NCBI GenBank assembly: GCA_963763495.1
Contig: CAVXOY010000015.1
Location: 38,574-102,573, forward strand
From: an uncultured Chloroflexia bacterium
GTDB taxonomy: Bacteria > Chloroflexota > Dehalococcoidia > DSTF01 > JALHUB01
Length of the DNA stretch: 64,000 bases
Direction of reading: 5' to 3'
Positions 50,563-60,080 of this stretch are shown here, in pieces. The position numbers were made by a program, and so were the translations under genes. The notes beneath the pieces were generated by a model that was given only the letters and a program-made list of their open reading frames with translations, had not been told where the DNA came from and searched no databases. Positions within the stretch are counted from its first letter, which is position 1; every line of letters begins with the position of its first letter.

Positions 50563-51240
50563 TTGAACAGAACGATTCCCGCAAAGCGCCAGCAGAAGGA
50601 GCAGACACGAGCTCGCCTAGTGGAGGCCGCTCTCCGTGTCTTTGCCCTTCAGGGATACGACCACGCCACAGTAGATGAGATATCTCTGGCAGCCGGACAC
50701 TCTAAGGGCGCCTACTACTTCCATTTCGATTCCAAAGAGGGGATATTCCTAGAACTGCTGTCGACCTGGACAGCGGAGCAGACGCGACGGCTGCACACAT
50801 TTGAGGATGCCTCGGTCCCTCCGGCCATTGCCCTGCTCGAAACCCTTCAGTCTCTTCTTCGGTACGACGATAGGGACCCCCACTGGCTGTCGTTACTCCC
50901 CGAGTTCTGGGCTCAGGGTCACCGAAACGACAAGGTTCACCAGTTGCTGCAAAAAGCCTATGATCAATGGCTGAAGCTTCTCACAGACGCGTTCGAGAAG
51001 GCTGAGTCGGCCCGCCTTATCTCCTTGGCCGTACGTCCGGAGGCGGCGGCCAGTCTCGTCCTCGCCCTGCACGATGGCCTGGTAGTGCACCGTCGCCTGC
51101 GCCTGGCGGCCAACAGACCACCAGCTTTGCCCCAGACGCTCGGCGTCCTCATCTCTATGCTGACCACGTCAGCGGAACAGCGGCCAACCACGGAGATTTC
51201 TCCGCCGGTGGCACGGCGCACAGTCAGACGCACGCACTAG
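50563..51240 (+). CDS. TetR/AcrR-family regulator
   Basis: TRARLVEAALRVFALQGYDHATVDEISLAAGHSKGAYYFHF; TTG 50563 follows GGAG (the track start 50548 is also possible). Confidence 0.92.
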   Translation: MNRTIPAKRQQKEQTRARLVEAALRVFALQGYDHATVDEISLAAGHSKGAYYFHFDSKEGIFLELLSTWTAEQTRRLHTFEDASVPPAIALLETLQSLLRYDDRDPHWLSLLPEFWAQGHRNDKVHQLLQKAYDQWLKLLTDAFEKAESARLISLAVRPEAAASLVLALHDGLVVHRRLRLAANRPPALPQTLGVLISMLTTSAEQRPTTEISPPVARRTVRRTH

Positions 51241-51421
51241 GTCCCCTCGCACGGCTAACTCCCGAAGCGTTCCGTCCACTCCAGATAGACTGAGGCCAAA
51301 ACCCATTCTATGATTAGAGCTTGGCCGTCGTTCGTCGTATCCGGGCGAGCGCGAGCTAGACCAAAACAGGGCAGAACAGATATCTTGCTTCGTGGCAAGA
51401 AGATACGGAATCGAGAGACAA

Positions 51422-52400
51422 ATGTTTAACAGAATTGTAGTTACTGGGTCCCTAGCCTATGACCACATAATGTCGATGCCGGGTAGTTTTAGCGACCACA
51501 TAATGCCGGACAAGATCCACATCCTGAATGTCAGCTTCATAATGCAGACTTACAGGACGGAATTTGGTGGCACAGCCGGCAACATTTCCTATTCCTTAGG
51601 ATTACTGGGTGTCCCCACACTGATAGTTGCATCCGCCGGAGACGATTTTCAGGACTACCTAAGACATCTGAAGATGGATCAAGAATTTGGATGTCACGGG
51701 AATCAAACTCTTCAAAGATATCCCTACCGCCCAAGGATTTGTAACAACCGACAAAAATGATAACCAGATTTGGGGATTCTACGAAGGTGCTATGAAGAAG
51801 AACAGGGCTATTTCCCTCAAGAAATTCCTAAAGGACGGGGATTTTGTAGTTATCTCTCCAAACGATCCGGTGGCTACAGTCAAATTTGTAGGACAGGCTG
51901 TTCAACGTAACATACCGTATCTTTTTGATCCGGCCTTTAATATCCCCCATCTTACAAAAGAGGATCTTGGGTTCTCGGTAGAAAACGCCTCAATCGTCAT
52001 CGGTAACGATTACGAAATTGAGCTTATCAAAAGGAGGCTAGGTCTCAGAAACCTACCGCAAACAAGCCAGATTTGGATAACGACCTTAGGTTCTCGTGGA
52101 TCAACGATCAAGATGGGCAAAAAGGAATGGAAGATACCGCCAGCTAAGCCCAAAAGTGTTGTCGATCCAACCGGCGCCGGAGATGCGTACCGGGCAGGTT
52201 TCTTATCGGGTTTTGTTAGAGACTTACCGCTTGAGGCTTGTGGGCGTTTAGGTTCTCTCGCGGCCGCTTACACTGTTGAAAAACACGGAACGCAAACTCA
52301 TAGATTTGGCGTGAAGGAATTCAAGGACAGGTTCAAAGTAAACTTCGGGGCAGAACCTGCGGAGCAGATCGAGCGGGTGCGGAAGCGGGTCAGCCCGTAG
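51422..52400 (+). CDS. PfkB-family carbohydrate/adenosine kinase; frameshift near 51690; low GC
   Basis: VVTGSLAYDHIM, FGGTAGNI, FDPA, GNDYE, ITTLGSRGS and VVDPTGAGDAYRAGF. Confidence 0.92.
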
Positions 52401-52412
52401 CGGGGTGTCTCG

Positions 52413-53726
52413 CTAATCCTCGTCCAGATTGCGGTAGGCCTCGTCCAGAAGCTCGACCACGTGAGCGACCTGCCCGAGATTGGGCCCGAACTGGCGCAGG
52501 CCGGCCTCCAGTTGCATCATGCAGCCGGTATTCGCCGCAGCAACGATTGTCGCCTTAGTGGCCGCCACGTCCTCCATCTTCTCCTTCAGAAGCCGCCCCG
52601 ACATCTCAGGCTGGGTCATGTTGTAGACGCCGCCGCTGCCGCAACAGTGGTCGGCGTGGGCCATCTCGACGAACTGCAGGCCGGGGATCGCTTGGAGGAT
52701 GGCGCGCGGTTGCTGCTTGACCCCCTGGGCATGAGCGAGATGGCAGGAGTCCTGGTAGGTCACACGCCCGTTGACCCGCCCCATCTCAGGGTCGAAGGGC
52801 AGATCGACAAGGAACTCGTTGATGTCCTTGACGAGGAGAGAGAAAGCCGCCGCCTTCTCGGCGTACTTGGGGTCGTCTTTCAGAAGCTGACCGTACTCCT
52901 TGAGTATGGCGCCGCAGCCGCCGGCATTCGACAGAACGGCCTCGACGCCCAGCGACAGGAAGACGTCGATGTTGCGCCGGGCAAGACGGCGCGCTGCCTC
53001 CAGATCGCCGGCGTGGATGTGGAGGGCACCGCAGCAGGTCTGCTCCGGCGGCACCAGCACCTGACAGCCGTTGCGGGCCAGCACACGCACCGTCGCCTCG
53101 TGGAGGTTGGGATAGAGCACCGGCGTCACGCACCCCAGGAGCAGGGCGACGCGCCGTGGCTGATCGGTGTGGTGGGTGGGCTCGACGACGGGCGCGACTT
53201 TGAGCGTTCCCGCAGGCAGGGGCGGCAGAAGCTGCTCCATGTCGTGCAGATGCCAGGGGAAGCGCCTGAGAAGATGAGTGCTACGTACCAGCTTCTGCAT
53301 CCCCGAGAGCTGATAGATCCGCAGCAGGCGGGCGACAAACCGCAGACGGCCCGGATGAGGCAGGAGCAGGCTCGCCAGGCGCGCCCGCAACCGCCAGCTC
53401 CTCGGCGTCGATTCGGTCTGCTGCATCACCAGAGCGCGTCCCCGCTCCATGATCCGGCCGAACGGCACGCCCGACGGACAGGCGGGCTCACAGGCGCGGC
53501 ACTGCACACAGAGGTCGAGGTGGGCGAGCAGCGTTGCGCTGGCCGGCAGCCGTCCCTCGGTCAGCGACCGTATTAGGTGGATGCGGCCGCGGGGCGACTC
53601 CGTCTCCAGGCCCAGTTCCAGGTACGTCGGGCACTCGCAGAGGCAGTAGCCGCAGCGCACGCAGCGATTCAGGTCCGCGAAATCGGGTGCGTCGGCGAAA
53701 CCCTTTGACTGCACCTCTACGCTCAC
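52413..53726 (-). CDS. glcF: Glycolate oxidase-type Fe-S subunit
   Basis: Two CxxCxxCxxxCP clusters, ESPRGRI, CCGALH, TYQDSCHLAH and CCGSGG. Confidence 0.88.
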   Translation of the reverse strand: MSVEVQSKGFADAPDFADLNRCVRCGYCLCECPTYLELGLETESPRGRIHLIRSLTEGRLPASATLLAHLDLCVQCRACEPACPSGVPFGRIMERGRALVMQQTESTPRSWRLRARLASLLLPHPGRLRFVARLLRIYQLSGMQKLVRSTHLLRRFPWHLHDMEQLLPPLPAGTLKVAPVVEPTHHTDQPRRVALLLGCVTPVLYPNLHEATVRVLARNGCQVLVPPEQTCCGALHIHAGDLEAARRLARRNIDVFLSLGVEAVLSNAGGCGAILKEYGQLLKDDPKYAEKAAAFSLLVKDINEFLVDLPFDPEMGRVNGRVTYQDSCHLAHAQGVKQQPRAILQAIPGLQFVEMAHADHCCGSGGVYNMTQPEMSGRLLKEKMEDVAATKATIVAAANTGCMMQLEAGLRQFGPNLGQVAHVVELLDEAYRNLDED

Positions 53727-53729
53727 TCT

Positions 53730-55073
53730 CTATATCCTCCCCACGAAGCGGCCGGGGCTCAGCGTTCCCTTGGGGTCTAGCTGCTCCTTGATGCGCCGCA
53801 TCAACGGCAGGCCCCCTTTGGGCTCGCCCCAGACGTCGATTTGCGATTTGAGCGCCGCCGGACAGCCTTCGATGATGGCAGCGCCGCCGTGACTCGCCGC
53901 CGCGCTGCGCAACGACGCCACCAGCTTGGCGCCCTCCCCATCGAGGTCCCGCTTGTCGCTCTGCCAGAGGCTGTACACAGTCCCCAAGCCGATGTGCGAG
54001 ACCACCTGCACGCCCAGACCGTGCTGCCGCGCCACCGACTCGATAGCGTTCAGGAATGCGGCGACCTGCGAGGGCACGACGCCTGTCCGCGCCAGGAGAT
54101 GCTCGCCGTCTTTGGGGGGCAGCAGGAGACCCCGCAGGCGCTCCCACAGGGCGGAACCGGCGTCCTCCGGCAGACGCTGGAGCGGGGCGTCCGCCTCTTT
54201 GCAGAGCGCTTCCGCCTCCGCCAGCGAGCGTTCGACGGCGGCTGATACACCGGCCGCAGCCAGGACCAGCGCCCAGGCGCCCGCCGGTGGCTCGATACCG
54301 ACGGAGACAAAGAGATGGCCGGCGCTGGGGCTTGCCAGCGTCAGCGAGCGGATGCCCAGGTTGCGCTTGTGGATTACCAGGCCGGCCGCAGCGGCGGCAT
54401 CGGCGGAGTCAAAGAAGGCGACGGCCGTTGCGCTCGCTTCGGGGAGAGGCGTCACCTTGAACGCCGCCTCGACGATGACGCCGAGCGTCCCGAACGAGCC
54501 CAGGTAGAGCTTCGTCATATCATAGCCGGCGACGTTCTTGACGACGCGCCCGCCGGCCTTGGTGACGCTGCCATCGGCGAGAGCGACCTTGAGGCCCAGC
54601 GTCCAGTCGCGCGGCCAGCCGTAGGCGTGACGCCAGGGCCCACCGGCGTTGGCGGCGAGCATACCGCCGACGGTCGTCGTCTGCGGCGAAGGCGGATCGA
54701 GGGGGAGATACTGACCGCTGCGGGCGAGATGGTCCTGCAGCTCCTGGAGGCTGATGCCCCCCTGGACGGCGATGGTGAGATCGGCAGGCTCATGCTGGAC
54801 GACCTGGTTGAGGCGGGTCACGTCGAGGGCGACGTCGTAGCGCTTGGGGGAGTTGCCGGTCGCCATGTTGGCGCCGCCGCCCCAGGGTATGACCGCCGCA
54901 TCCTGCCGTGCCGCCGCCGCGAGGACGGCCGCTACCTCCTCCGCCGTGGCCGGGGCGACCGCGATCCGCGGCGTCAGGCCGTCGACGGCGTAGTCCGCCA
55001 CTCGCTCCGCCGGGGCGATGGCCTCGGCGGCGACGAGGGAGCGTATCGATTCCAGGAGTTGCGATTCGTCCAT
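53730..55073 (-). CDS. glcE: Glycolate oxidase-type FAD-binding subunit
   Basis: PWGGG, TVGGMLA, GGRVVKNVAGYDMTKLYLGSFGTLG and LDPKGTLSPGRF. Confidence 0.85.
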   Translation of the reverse strand: MDESQLLESIRSLVAAEAIAPAERVADYAVDGLTPRIAVAPATAEEVAAVLAAAARQDAAVIPWGGGANMATGNSPKRYDVALDVTRLNQVVQHEPADLTIAVQGGISLQELQDHLARSGQYLPLDPPSPQTTTVGGMLAANAGGPWRHAYGWPRDWTLGLKVALADGSVTKAGGRVVKNVAGYDMTKLYLGSFGTLGVIVEAAFKVTPLPEASATAVAFFDSADAAAAAGLVIHKRNLGIRSLTLASPSAGHLFVSVGIEPPAGAWALVLAAAGVSAAVERSLAEAEALCKEADAPLQRLPEDAGSALWERLRGLLLPPKDGEHLLARTGVVPSQVAAFLNAIESVARQHGLGVQVVSHIGLGTVYSLWQSDKRDLDGEGAKLVASLRSAAASHGGAAIIEGCPAALKSQIDVWGEPKGGLPLMRRIKEQLDPKGTLSPGRFVGRI

Positions 55074-55077
55074 CAGG

Positions 55078-56457
55078 TCAGATGCTCGCCATGTCTGTGG
55101 GGAAGACCTTCCCCGGGTTGAACTTCTGGGAGCCGAAGGCCGCCCGCACCTTCGCCATGGCGGCCAGATCGTCGTCGCTGAACATGAGACGCATGTGCTC
55201 GCGCTTCTCCAGGCCGACGCCGTGCTCGCCGGTGATGCTGCCGCCCGCCTCGACGCAAAGCCGCAGGATCTCCGCGCCGGCGGCCATCACGCGGTCGATG
55301 ATGCCGGGCTGAGTGCCGTCGAAGACGAAGTTCGGGTGAAGGTTGCCGTCGCCGGCGTGGAACGCGGCGAAGTGCAGCAGCTCGTACTTCTTGGCTATCT
55401 CCGTCGACTGCTTCAGCAGCTCCGGCAGCTTCGTGCGCGGGCACACGCCGTCGAGGATGTACTGGCTGGGGGCGATGCGTCCCACCGTTCCCGCCGCCGC
55501 TCGACGCGCCGCCCACACCTGCGCCCTCTCCGCCTCCTCCGTGGCGATCGTGATGCTCGCCGAGCCGCTCGCCTCGATGATCTGCCGTATCGCCGGGGTC
55601 AGCGCCGTCACGTTCTCCTGCGAGCCTTCGACTTCGACGATGAGGGTCGACGTAACCGCGGGCTCTTCGCCGCCGGCCATCATTCTCGCCAGCGCTTCGA
55701 AGTAGCTTATCTCCATGCACTGGGGCACGATGCCGTTGCCGATCATCTGCGAGACGGCGTTCCCCGCGTCCTCAACGTGCTTGAACTGGGCGACGAGGGT
55801 GTAGCCGGTCTCCGGCTCCGGCATCAGCTTGACGATGGCCTTCGTGACCAGCGCCAGCGTGCCCTCAGAGCCGGTGACGAGCCCCGTCAGATCGTAGCCC
55901 GGGAGGTCGCGCGTCGGGCCGCCGACCTCGACGATGCTGCCGTCGGCGGTCACGAACTCCAGCCCGAGGACGTGGTTTGTCGTGACGCCGTAGGCCAGAC
56001 AGTGGGGCCCGCCGGCGTTCTCGGCGATGTTGCCGCCGATGGTGCAGACGCGCTGGCTTGCCGGGTCGGGCGCGAAGAAGAGGCCGTGCTTGCGGGCGGC
56101 GCGGTCGAGCTCGAGGTTGACGACGCCGGGCTCGACGATGGCCAGCCGGTCGACGGGATCGAGCTTCAAAATGTGGTTCATGCGGGTGAAAGCGACGACG
56201 ATACCGCCCTCTACGGGCACGGAGCCGCCGCTCAGCCCCGTTCCAGCGCCGCGGCCTACTATCGGTATGCCCAAGCGCCCAGCGAGCCGTACGACGCGCG
56301 ATACCTGCTGCGCCGTCGTGGGAAAGACGACGGCGTCGGGCAGGGCGCGGTCGATTGTCGTGTCGAACTCGAACGTGACGAGGTCTTCCGGCGCGTCGAG
56401 GACGCCGTCGGCGCCGACGATCTGCCGAAGCTCGGCTACGGTCTGCTCATTCAGCAT
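55078..56457 (-). CDS. glcD: Glycolate oxidase-type FAD-linked subunit
   Basis: RGAGTGLSGG, APDPAS..CTIGGN, NAGGPHC, GSEGTL, HAGDGNLHP and GEHGVG.EK. Confidence 0.88.
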   Translation of the reverse strand: MLNEQTVAELRQIVGADGVLDAPEDLVTFEFDTTIDRALPDAVVFPTTAQQVSRVVRLAGRLGIPIVGRGAGTGLSGGSVPVEGGIVVAFTRMNHILKLDPVDRLAIVEPGVVNLELDRAARKHGLFFAPDPASQRVCTIGGNIAENAGGPHCLAYGVTTNHVLGLEFVTADGSIVEVGGPTRDLPGYDLTGLVTGSEGTLALVTKAIVKLMPEPETGYTLVAQFKHVEDAGNAVSQMIGNGIVPQCMEISYFEALARMMAGGEEPAVTSTLIVEVEGSQENVTALTPAIRQIIEASGSASITIATEEAERAQVWAARRAAAGTVGRIAPSQYILDGVCPRTKLPELLKQSTEIAKKYELLHFAAFHAGDGNLHPNFVFDGTQPGIIDRVMAAGAEILRLCVEAGGSITGEHGVGLEKREHMRLMFSDDDLAAMAKVRAAFGSQKFNPGKVFPTDMASI

Positions 56458-56464
56458 CGTGGAT

Positions 56465-56872
56465 TCAGTGTAGCACGGAGAAACGCGACGCTCTACAGCC
56501 TGGACGGTATTCGCACGTAGGTAGGGTTAGGGCTCCGACTATTCTGTGCGTAGGTCGGGCGTCTCGCCCGACCGAGGCGCCGCCGCGACAGGTGGGCAAG
56601 ATGCCCGCCCTACGAAGGGGTGCTCCGGTGGGTATCTCCAGGCCGCAGTAGGGACAGTAGCGGGCGCCGGAGGGCGGGAGAGGATGGCCGCAGCCGGGGC
56701 ACTGCGTGGAGAGGCGGCTGCCGCAGTGGGCGCAGAACTGCCAGTGGGCGGGCGCCTCCGTCTGGCAGACCTGACACTCCTGCATGAAGCTGTGCAACGA
56801 CTCCAGATGCTCCCGGAGGCGCTTCTCGACGGACTTCTCCGATGGCTGCTTGGGTTCACGTGGTTTGGGCAT
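56465..56872 (-). CDS. Double zinc-ribbon protein (C-terminus uncertain, runs into the REP element)
   Basis: GGAGG RBS before ATG 56872; CQVC..FCAHCG..CPGC..YCPYCG. Confidence 0.75.
   Translation of the reverse strand: MPKPREPKQPSEKSVEKRLREHLESLHSFMQECQVCQTEAPAHWQFCAHCGSRLSTQCPGCGHPLPPSGARYCPYCGLEIPTGAPLRRAGILPTCRGGASVGRDARPTHRIVGALTLPTCEYRPGCRASRFSVLH
56550..56613 (-). repeat. REP doublet (REPIN-like), copy 2
   Basis: Reverse complement GTAGGGCGGGCATCTTGCCCACC...GGTCGGGCGAGACGCCCGACCTAC, matching 22700-22753. Confidence 0.7.
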
Positions 56873-57179
56873 CTCGCGCCTCCCGGCGGGTGTTAGGGTT
56901 TGCGTAGGCGAATACCGCCCAACTCCATTGTAGAGCGTGGTAGGCAACGCAACCGAAGACGCAACGGATAGGTCGCGAAGGCCTCTGTAGAGCTCAAGCG
57001 CAGCGGATACTAGAATAATACGATGAACAATGAGGCTAAGCTTATCTTCCGCGTCATCCTGACACGTACACCGTCGAGAACCGTCGAGTCGTGGATTCGT
57101 CATCTGGTGGTACTGATCAGGTCCAAGAATGACCACGCCTAGACGACAGACAACCGTGAGTCAACCTCTCGTCCGAGAG

Positions 57180-57635
57180 GGGGAGACGAAGGCCGCTCAA
57201 GCGATATAGCATCCTTCGCTAACGAGTTGGCGGGTGCATCCTCTACGGCATTCCGAAACACGAACCGAAGACAAGAGGCCCATACCTGACCGACCTACGG
57301 GATGAGCCCTTTGCGCGCGTCCGAGCGCAGATTGAGAACCCATCTATGTGGAGGCCGAATTCGAGCCGATATCTGTCAGAGTGGACGAACGCCTTCGCAT
57401 TCCCCTGTCAGCATTCCCCGACAAGGTTGTGTACTCTGGTGTGGACACCCGAGTCGTCTGGCATAGGGCCCTCACATGGTGGAGACACAGTGCGACATAC
57501 CATAGGACGTGGGCAGCTGGCTCGCGGCAGTGGCCTGCTCATGCGCCGAGCATTCCGACAGTAAGAGACAGATATGAGCGGAGCCAGCGGACGCGGGATC
57601 CGCGATCTGAAGACGAGTATCCGAAGGGAGTTTGA
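57180..57635 (+). pseudogene. Possible decayed Schlafen/AlbA_2-domain gene fragment
   Basis: Joining frames gives SSDIASFANE-[shift]-GGCILYGI, resembling the AlbA_2 motif; further shifts follow downstream. Confidence 0.35.
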
Positions 57636-58159
57636 CTTGACGCCGATCGGCCGAGTTGATTCCCGCCATGTGGAGCGCAGAGTAACAGTAACACCTGTAC
57701 TCAGCGCTCTCTGCGCAGGAGTACGACTTTGCTAGCCCAGCGCAGTGCTGTCAGTCGACTCGAACGCCTGCTCGGCGCCAGAGCTTCGACGCCTCGCTGA
57801 CCGGCAAGCAATGGCCGCACAGCTTTAGGCGAAGACGTCTCGACAGCGCAACGTTCTACCGCTCGAGGCGTGACAGGTGACTGAGATTCTTCGGAGGTGC
57901 CGAGTTGGGAAGCTAGGGAATGACCATCGCTGTTCTCGATCGTGAGCCTACTGACGGCGGTCCTCTGGCAGGGTCGCACGGCCAATCTACGGCGGCTACC
58001 ATCGATCAGAGACCTGGAGTCGTACAAGCAGCCGTGGCGTCGGACGCGGCTTCGATCCTCATCGCGAGTTCCATGAGATCATCCAATGTCGTGCTGAGAC
58101 TCGACGGACGTTGCTCTTGACGCGATTCCGGTGGCAGCGATGGCTTGCGGCTGCCAGCG

Positions 58160-59518
58160 CTAGAGGATGCCCTCGCGCTGCATATCCGACAGCGTCGCCT
58201 CTAGCGCCGCTAGCGTCTCGTCCACGTCGCGCTCCGTGTGGACGGCGGACATCATACCCCCCGTCCGCATGAAGTCGGCGCCGCGGTTGATCATCCCCTG
58301 CCTGAAGGCGGTCACCACCGGGCCGGACGTCTCCGGCACCTCCGGGCCCGGCTTGCCGTGCCATTCCCACGCGTGGCCGTCGATGGGCGGCGGGCACCCC
58401 ACGCCCAAGACCATGTGGAACATCGACGATACGGTGTAGGCGCAGCCCTTGATGTCCATCTGCCGCAGCAACTGGTTCACCCCCTGACAGAGCCGCTTCG
58501 CCAGGGCGTCGGCGTGCTTCTGGGGCTTGCCGTCGGCGATGGTGGAGAGGGCGGCGATGCCGGCGGCGGCCGATAGGGGGTTGGCGTTGAAGGTGCCGGG
58601 ATGGGAGATGCGGCGGCGCAGGTTCCACTCGACGTCGGCCCGGAACTCGATGCCGGCGAGGATGTCGCTGCGGCCGGTGACCGCCGCGCCGGGCAGACCG
58701 CCGGCGACGATCTTGGCCAGGGTCGTCAGGTCGGGCAGGACGCCGCAGAAGCCCTGCATGCCGCCGGGGGAGACGCGGAAGCCGGTCACCACCTCGTCGA
58801 AGATGAGGACGGCGCCGCTCCGCTTCGTCTCCTCGCGCAGGAACGACAGGAAGGGCACGTCGATGGGTATCGTGCTGGCGTGGGCGCCCGTCGGCTCGAT
58901 GATGACGGCGGCGACGTCGGGGTCGTCGGCGAGGACGCGCGCCAGCTCCTCGCGGCCGTGCTGGGGGACGACGATCTGCTGGCCGAGGAAGCTGTCGGGA
59001 ACGCCGGGCGACCAGGGGACGCTCTCTTCCGGCGAGGTCAGGCCGGTCACGCTGTCGTTCCAGCCGTGGAAGTTGTGGGCGAAGCGGACGAGCTTGTTGC
59101 GGCCCGTGAAGGCGCGGGCGAGGCGGACGGCCATCATCGTCGCCTCCGTGCCGGAGGAGGTGAAGCGCACCACCTCCGCCGAGGGGACGAGCCGCCGTAT
59201 CCAGCCCGCCCATTCGACCTCCAGCTCGCTGCAGCCGCCGTAGTGGGTGCCCCGCCGTATCTGCTCGGTGACGGCGTTGACGAGCGCCGGGTGGGCGTGG
59301 CCGAGGAGGAGGGCGCCGTGGCCCATCATGTAGTCGATCATCTCGTTGCCGTCGACGTCCCACTTGCGGGCGCCGGCGGCGTGGTCGACGTAGATGGGGA
59401 ACGGCTTGAAGTAGCGGATGTCGTGGGTGACGCCGTCGGGGAAGCTGGCGGCGGCCTGGGCGTGCAGCGCGGCCGAGCGGGGGTGCAACTCCTGGTAACG
59501 CTCAAGGATGGTGGTCAT
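58160..59518 (-). CDS. Class III PLP aminotransferase (glutamate-1-semialdehyde aminomutase-like)
   Basis: DVDGNEMIDYMMGHG, FTSSGTEATM, FHGWND, IFDEVVTGFR, LAKIVAGGLP and GTFNANP. Confidence 0.9.
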   Translation of the reverse strand: MTTILERYQELHPRSAALHAQAAASFPDGVTHDIRYFKPFPIYVDHAAGARKWDVDGNEMIDYMMGHGALLLGHAHPALVNAVTEQIRRGTHYGGCSELEVEWAGWIRRLVPSAEVVRFTSSGTEATMMAVRLARAFTGRNKLVRFAHNFHGWNDSVTGLTSPEESVPWSPGVPDSFLGQQIVVPQHGREELARVLADDPDVAAVIIEPTGAHASTIPIDVPFLSFLREETKRSGAVLIFDEVVTGFRVSPGGMQGFCGVLPDLTTLAKIVAGGLPGAAVTGRSDILAGIEFRADVEWNLRRRISHPGTFNANPLSAAAGIAALSTIADGKPQKHADALAKRLCQGVNQLLRQMDIKGCAYTVSSMFHMVLGVGCPPPIDGHAWEWHGKPGPEVPETSGPVVTAFRQGMINRGADFMRTGGMMSAVHTERDVDETLAALEATLSDMQREGIL

Positions 59519-59654
59519 CGAACCTCTCCGATCACTGACACAAATACGAAGGCAGACGCGTTAGGCTTGGGACGTTGGGGCGGTAGCGTCGAGAGGGGGT
59601 CCGGCCGCGATGGCGCGGGCCTCGTCTGGGAGAGACGGCGCTGCCCTCAAAGGG

Positions 59655-59682
59655 ATCGTATCACGGGAGGCGTAAGGGTCAA
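59655..59682 (-). promoter_or_regulatory. Putative sigma-70-type promoter of the aminotransferase
   Basis: Minus strand TTGACC-N16-TACGAT. Confidence 0.4.
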
Positions 59683-59777
59683 TGTCTGAGGGCGGCAGCG
59701 GCGGCGACAGGGCAGGGGAGAGGCCATGTACTTAACATAACACGTTATCAAGCGCACCGTGGCGGAAGCAGCGCCGG

Positions 59778-59996
59778 TCAGCTCGCGGCGCGGGCGACGT
59801 GCGTGCAGTCGTAGTGGGCCAGCCCGTCGATCAGCTCGGCGTCCAGGTACTCGCCGGCCGTCTCGTCGGGGTCGGGCAGGCGCAGGCGGAGCTGGGCGAA
59901 GTCGGCGGTCGTGAGAGGGCCGTGGCAGACGGCGCAGAGGAAGAGCGGCTGGCCCCGCCGGTCGAGAAGGACTCCCTGGGCTTTGAAGTCGGGCAT
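59778..59996 (-). CDS. Small hypothetical protein, possible metal binder
   Basis: GGAGG RBS; 72 aa with CAVC and HYDC. Confidence 0.65.
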   Translation of the reverse strand: MPDFKAQGVLLDRRGQPLFLCAVCHGPLTTADFAQLRLRLPDPDETAGEYLDAELIDGLAHYDCTHVARAAS

Positions 59997-60080
59997 GGCG
60001 GACCTCCTTGCGAGAAGGGTGGACTGCCCTTACCAAACATAAAACGCGAGAGCGGCGAAAACCTTGCAGGGGGAAGGCGT

